Under the pieces are notes generated by a model. The model made no database searches. It saw nothing but the letters and a program-made list of their open reading frames with translations, and was not told the origin of the DNA. Made by a program: the position numbers and the translations under genes. A stretch of DNA of 64,000 nt, taken from the NCBI GenBank assembly GCA_963662465.1, contig OY759599.1, forward strand, positions 3,616,001 to 3,680,000, in the 5' to 3' direction. This document shows, piece after piece, positions 59,887 through 64,000 of this stretch (positions are counted from its first letter, which is position 1; every line of letters starts with the position of its first letter). Source of the stretch: Desulfatiglandales bacterium. GTDB taxonomy: Bacteria; Desulfobacterota; DSM-4660; Desulfatiglandales; Desulfatiglandaceae.

Positions 59887-59912
59887 GGGCGGACACACAG
59901 GTCCGCCCCTAC
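59887..59912. repeat. GTAG-type REP-like hairpin, copy 2
   Basis: GGGCGGACACACAGGTCCGCCCCTAC. Confidence 0.75.
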
Positions 59913-59939
59913 GAAAATCCAACACCGGGGGGACTTCCA

Positions 59940-60110
59940 TCAACCCAATGGTTTTGCCTCGTCAATCAACATGATTGGGATATCATCCTTGATCTCATAC
60001 AAGAGTTTGCATTTATCGCAGATAAGCCCATCTTCCGAATCCGTCAGGTAGATATCCCCTTTGCACTTGGGGCATGCCAGTATATCCAGCAGTTCCTTAC
60101 TTATGGCCAT
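59940..60110 (-). CDS. Trm112/UPF0434 family protein (below ORF-track cutoff)
   Basis: MAISKELLDILACPKCKG...LICDKCKLLYEIKDDIPIMLIDEAKPLG*; AAAGGAG RBS. Confidence 0.93.
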   Translation of the reverse strand: MAISKELLDILACPKCKGDIYLTDSEDGLICDKCKLLYEIKDDIPIMLIDEAKPLG

Positions 60111-60111
60111 T

Positions 60112-61218
60112 TCAGACTCCTTTCGACTTCATCACCTTTAAAGGTTTTGCATTTTTTTCCCGCAAAAAGACTTCTTTCACCGCTTCATAGACGCTGTCCA
60201 CGGTAATCTCCCGCATGCATGACCATTGATCGCACGCTTTCTTAAAACAAGGGCTGCAGACGGCGCCCGATGTAATGACCCTGTGTCCGGGACCATAGGG
60301 ACCGGTTCGGAGGGGGGAGGTGGGTCCGAAGAGCGCCACCACGGGACAATTCATGGCGGCCGCCATGTGCATGGGTCCCGTATCCGTTGTCACCAGGACC
60401 CGACATCGGCCATAGAGATAAGCCAGTTCCTTCAATCCGGTCCTGCCCGCAAAATTCAAGGGCCTGGTTTTCATCATGGATGAAATTTTATCGATGACCT
60501 GCCGATCCTCTTTGCTTCCGGTAAAAACCATGTGACAGGAAAAATCTCTCAGTATCCGGTCCCCGAGGGCCGCGAAAAGTTCCGGTTCCCACAGCTTGGT
60601 TTTCCATTTGGCCATGGGGTTGACGGCTACCAGGCTGCCGTTCTCACATCCATCCCCCTGGAGCATTTGATCCATCGAACGTTTGTGGACCTCAAACACC
60701 GGTATTCGGCTGTCCCATCCATCCCAGGCACATCCCAGGTAAGACGCCACTTCCAGATAGCGATCAATGGCGTGCTGATCGTAATTCACCGAAACGGACG
60801 GTTCCCTCAAAAAAAGCCATGCCCCCTCCCTGGCCCCCTTCATGCCCACCTTCCGCCCACCCTTGGCCAGCCCCACCAAGACCCCGCTTTTCAGCAACCC
60901 CTGCAAGTCAATCACCCAGTCGTAGCGATAACGCCGCAGGTCTTTCACGAAAGATAAAATCTCTCGGGAGACCTCCGAAAACCGTCTCTCCTCAATCAGC
61001 CTTCGTCGCCACGTTTTTCTTCGGGAAACCATCACCCGACGAATGGCCGGATGCCCCTCGATAATGCCCGCGGCCCCCTCTTCCACCACCCAGTCGATTT
61101 TTGCCCGGGGGAAATTCCGGTGAAGCACATCAAGGAATGGCAGCGTATGCACCACATCCCCGATGGCGCTCAATTTCGCGATTAGGATTTCCGTGGGGTC
61201 AGTTTTGTTTAATCCCAT
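60112..61218 (-). CDS. GT9 LPS heptosyltransferase (WaaC-like)
   Basis: KLSAIGDVVH, IDLQGLLKS, DTGPMHMAAA, LFGPT. Confidence 0.9.
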   Translation of the reverse strand: MGLNKTDPTEILIAKLSAIGDVVHTLPFLDVLHRNFPRAKIDWVVEEGAAGIIEGHPAIRRVMVSRRKTWRRRLIEERRFSEVSREILSFVKDLRRYRYDWVIDLQGLLKSGVLVGLAKGGRKVGMKGAREGAWLFLREPSVSVNYDQHAIDRYLEVASYLGCAWDGWDSRIPVFEVHKRSMDQMLQGDGCENGSLVAVNPMAKWKTKLWEPELFAALGDRILRDFSCHMVFTGSKEDRQVIDKISSMMKTRPLNFAGRTGLKELAYLYGRCRVLVTTDTGPMHMAAAMNCPVVALFGPTSPLRTGPYGPGHRVITSGAVCSPCFKKACDQWSCMREITVDSVYEAVKEVFLREKNAKPLKVMKSKGV

Positions 61219-61220
61219 CC

Positions 61221-61787
61221 TCACCCCAAAATCCATTTGACCGCACCCAAAAGATCTTCCGCCACATGAACGGGCTGAAAAGGAAACGCCGGAAACACAT
61301 ATTCCAGATCCCCCCTGCCATAACCGGTCTTGACCAAAATCCCTTTCAGATGAGCTCTATGAGCCATTTCAATATCCGTACACCTGTCCCCCACCACAAA
61401 AGAATGTTCCATATCGATGTCAAAATCGGCGCACGCCTTTCGGATCAGGCCGACGCCGGGCTTTCGGCAATCACAGCTGATACCGTAGGGGGAAACCTTT
61501 CCATTGGGGTAATGGGGGCAGAAGTAGATACCGTCAAGGGCCGCGCCTTCTTTCTTGATGAGACGCGTCATCTTGTCATGCACCCGGTGCACCAGATCCA
61601 TGGGGAAATACCCCCGCGCCACCCCGGACTGATTGCTCACGATAATCGCCGGATACCCGGCCTCATTGAGCAACCGAATCGCTTCGCCCGCGCCCGGCAA
61701 CAGCACAAACCGGTCCACATGATTGATGTAGCCCATCTGCTCATTGACAGTGCCGTCCCGATCCATAAAAACAGCCGGTTTTTTCAA
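61221..61787 (-). CDS. gmhB: D-glycero-D-manno-heptose 1,7-bisphosphate phosphatase
   Basis: DRDGT, SNQSG, CPH...CDCRKP, VGD; TTG start behind GGAGG. Confidence 0.93.
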   Translation of the reverse strand: MKKPAVFMDRDGTVNEQMGYINHVDRFVLLPGAGEAIRLLNEAGYPAIIVSNQSGVARGYFPMDLVHRVHDKMTRLIKKEGAALDGIYFCPHYPNGKVSPYGISCDCRKPGVGLIRKACADFDIDMEHSFVVGDRCTDIEMAHRAHLKGILVKTGYGRGDLEYVFPAFPFQPVHVAEDLLGAVKWILG

Positions 61788-62851
61788 AAAACATCCCTCC
61801 TCAGTTCTTCCATTGTTTCCCAAACCGCTTCAGGCGTGATATCCAGCATACACCGATGATCGGTCGGGCATTCCTGCTTCAAGCAGGGCGCACACGAAGC
61901 AGCACGCCTGACGATTTTCGCATTCGGCCCCCTGGGGCCGGTGGCCACATGGTCCGTGGGACCGAACACGGCCACGGTGGGAAGCCCGAGGGCCGCAGCC
62001 ACATGCATCAATCCCGAGTCATTGGTCACAAAAAAACGGCACAGCGCCATAATGCCCATGGTCTCCCTCAGGGACGTCTTTCCGCAAAGGTTCAAAGCCC
62101 CGTGCTTCATGGCCGCACAGACGCGGTCGCCAATGGCCCTCTCCCCACCGCTGCCGAACACGATGACCCTGGCGCCCCATCTTTCGACCGCCCGATCGCC
62201 AATCTCGGCAAACTGATCCGGAGGCCATCGTTTTGCACTGCCAAAAACCGCCCCGGGACTCAAACCCACCATAAAATCAAGGGGATCAATGCCGTTCGAT
62301 TTCAAAAGCCCGGCCGCCTGTTCCCGAGCATAAGCGCCAATATGTAGCGATGGATCCCGGTCCCGTGCGAGCCACCCCATGGCATTCAACATGGCGCAAT
62401 AGTAGCCTACCTGATGGATTTGCAGCACCTGGTCGGTGCGAGGGACACCGTGGGTGAGCAAGAGGCTTCTTCCGTCGGTCTTGTAACCCACCCTCTGTTT
62501 CACGCCCCCCAGAAAAGCCACAAGGGCCGCTTCAAAAGCGTTTTGAAAAAGGATGGCCAAATCAAACCGCTGCTTTCGAATGATGCCGATCACCCGGTTC
62601 ATCTCAAGGAAACCGGCCTTGGGACCTTTCCCCTTGTCAAACACCAGGACCTCGTTCACGGCGGGATGATGGTCAAAAAGAGGCGCCACCCAGGGCTTTG
62701 CCAGGACCGTGATGCGACTGACGGGAAAATTCTCCCGCACGGCATCCAGGGCCGGCAGGGTCATGACCGCATCTCCCACCCAATTGGTGGCGCGGATGAG
62801 GATTCGTTTCACCTGATTTTTTTCGATCCTTCCACTAGAAAAAAACGTCAA
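61784..62851 (-). CDS. waaF: LPS heptosyltransferase II
   Basis: NWVGDAVM, PGAVFGSAKRW, NDSGLMHVA. Confidence 0.92.
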   Translation of the reverse strand: MTFFSSGRIEKNQVKRILIRATNWVGDAVMTLPALDAVRENFPVSRITVLAKPWVAPLFDHHPAVNEVLVFDKGKGPKAGFLEMNRVIGIIRKQRFDLAILFQNAFEAALVAFLGGVKQRVGYKTDGRSLLLTHGVPRTDQVLQIHQVGYYCAMLNAMGWLARDRDPSLHIGAYAREQAAGLLKSNGIDPLDFMVGLSPGAVFGSAKRWPPDQFAEIGDRAVERWGARVIVFGSGGERAIGDRVCAAMKHGALNLCGKTSLRETMGIMALCRFFVTNDSGLMHVAAALGLPTVAVFGPTDHVATGPRGPNAKIVRRAASCAPCLKQECPTDHRCMLDITPEAVWETMEELRRDVF

Positions 62852-62896
62852 CGCAAATCCTTTTCAAATTCGAATTAAATACCCTTTACAGCAACC

Positions 62897-63823
62897 TCAT
62901 TCCCGCGGGAATGGACAACTGTACCTTGTTTTCCACCGTTTGTGAAACCAGAACCACTGTTCCGGATACCAACGAATGTATTTATCGATGATCCGGTTGA
63001 AAAGTGCCGTATTCTCTTCCGTATCGCTCAGCTTGCTTTCCGAATGAATCAACGCCACCGCCTCTTCAAAAACCACACGGTACCGGCCATCGGGTTGCCG
63101 CACGCTGAGTACGGGAATCACCGGCGTACCCGTTTTCATGGCGATCAATGCCAGCCCCTTGTTGGTACAGGCCGGCAATCCCAGAAATGGAACAAAAACC
63201 CCCTCGTACCAGTCAACGTTTTGATCCAGCAAAATGCCCATGGTCTTGTTTTTTCGAGTTCCCATCAGCAGCTTTTTCATGGCCTTTTTCTTGGGAATAA
63301 TTTCCGTGCCGAATCGGGTCCGCAACCGCAGCAACAATTCTTCGACCGGTGAAAAATCCGCGGGGCGCGCCACCGCTATGCCGTCGGTATTAAACCGCAA
63401 GGTAATGGCAGCCGACATGAGTTCCCAGTTTCCAAAGTGGCCGGTGAGAATAAAACATCCCTTTCCCCTAGCCAACGCCTCGGTCAGGGCCTTTTCATTT
63501 TCAAAAAAAACATATTTGTGCAGGTTTTCTAACTTCAAGTTTAAAATGTGCGGCACTTCAAACAACATTTGTGAAAAATGCAGCACCACCCGGCGATTCA
63601 ATTTTCGCAGTTGTTCCTCCGACATTCGATCGCCAAAAACCTGTCGCAAGCCATTCAAGGACGCCTTCATGGGTCCAACCGTCGCCGGCCCCAGAAAACG
63701 TCCCAACATGCGCCCCATGAATTGTCCCGCACGAATGGGAATCAGCGCCAGTAAGCTCACCAAGCCGTTAAGCATCAGGGATATGGCGTTTAACGCCATT
63801 TCATTGTTTTCGATACGCATCAT
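62897..63823 (-). CDS. Lipid A late acyltransferase (LpxL/HtrB family)
   Basis: TGHFGNWE, ILLDQ, PEQWFWFHKRWK. Confidence 0.92.
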   Translation of the reverse strand: MMRIENNEMALNAISLMLNGLVSLLALIPIRAGQFMGRMLGRFLGPATVGPMKASLNGLRQVFGDRMSEEQLRKLNRRVVLHFSQMLFEVPHILNLKLENLHKYVFFENEKALTEALARGKGCFILTGHFGNWELMSAAITLRFNTDGIAVARPADFSPVEELLLRLRTRFGTEIIPKKKAMKKLLMGTRKNKTMGILLDQNVDWYEGVFVPFLGLPACTNKGLALIAMKTGTPVIPVLSVRQPDGRYRVVFEEAVALIHSESKLSDTEENTALFNRIIDKYIRWYPEQWFWFHKRWKTRYSCPFPRE

Positions 63824-64000
63824 TTATCATCCTGAAAATTCCTTCCTGCCCCGGCAGGAAGGAAAATTGAATCCTCAAATAACCGATTTCCGAACATTTT
63901 TCCCCCATGGAAGCAATCCTCATCCAGTCCTTTTCCGTGGTCAGGAGGGATTGCGCATCCCTTTGGAATGCCATATGAACAAGATGGGCAAGATCCCCCT
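63801..64000 (-). CDS. lpxK: Tetraacyldisaccharide 4'-kinase, C-terminal part (runs off window end)
   Basis: Minus frame reads ...QSLLTTEKDWMRI...AYRKQ*; LPS gene context. Confidence 0.8.
   Translation of the reverse strand, partial: GDLAHLVHMAFQRDAQSLLTTEKDWMRIASMGEKCSEIGYLRIQFSFLPGQEGIFRMINDAYRKQ

Overview
64 kb of a Gram-negative anaerobe chromosome. Gene content and order point to a Desulfobacterota-type deltaproteobacterium (inference). The left half is accessory and metabolic: TRAP permease end plus two acyl-CoA carboxyltransferases, an FHA/hybrid histidine kinase pair divergent from a Ser/Thr kinase-like gene, arcE-like plus carbamate kinase, two Hsp20, a disrupted DUF1566-like gene, vWA-OmpA, Usp, an aspS-gatC fusion (with a 1-nt frameshift) followed by gatA, a Bro-N insert and gatB, uppP-DUF368, a Liv-type ABC transporter, a phosphoesterase, a TA pair and a xanthine permease. 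The right half is core: the rimP-nusA-infB-rbfA-truB-rpsO-pnp-dut operon, tRNA-Gly, corC-lnt, a small patch of cassette/TA/intron debris and LPS genes. The most notable locus, not captured by the ORF track, is 34.9-37.9 kb. There a Phe/Tyr-rich 21-aa leader peptide with a complete four-segment attenuator precedes an 854-aa MBL-hydrolase/GNAT fusion. Next comes a 59-aa dual-CxxC ORF with an in-frame UGA and a SECIS-like hairpin (candidate selenoprotein). No CRISPR array, rRNA or intact mobile element was seen. All family assignments come from motif recognition by eye, not database searches.
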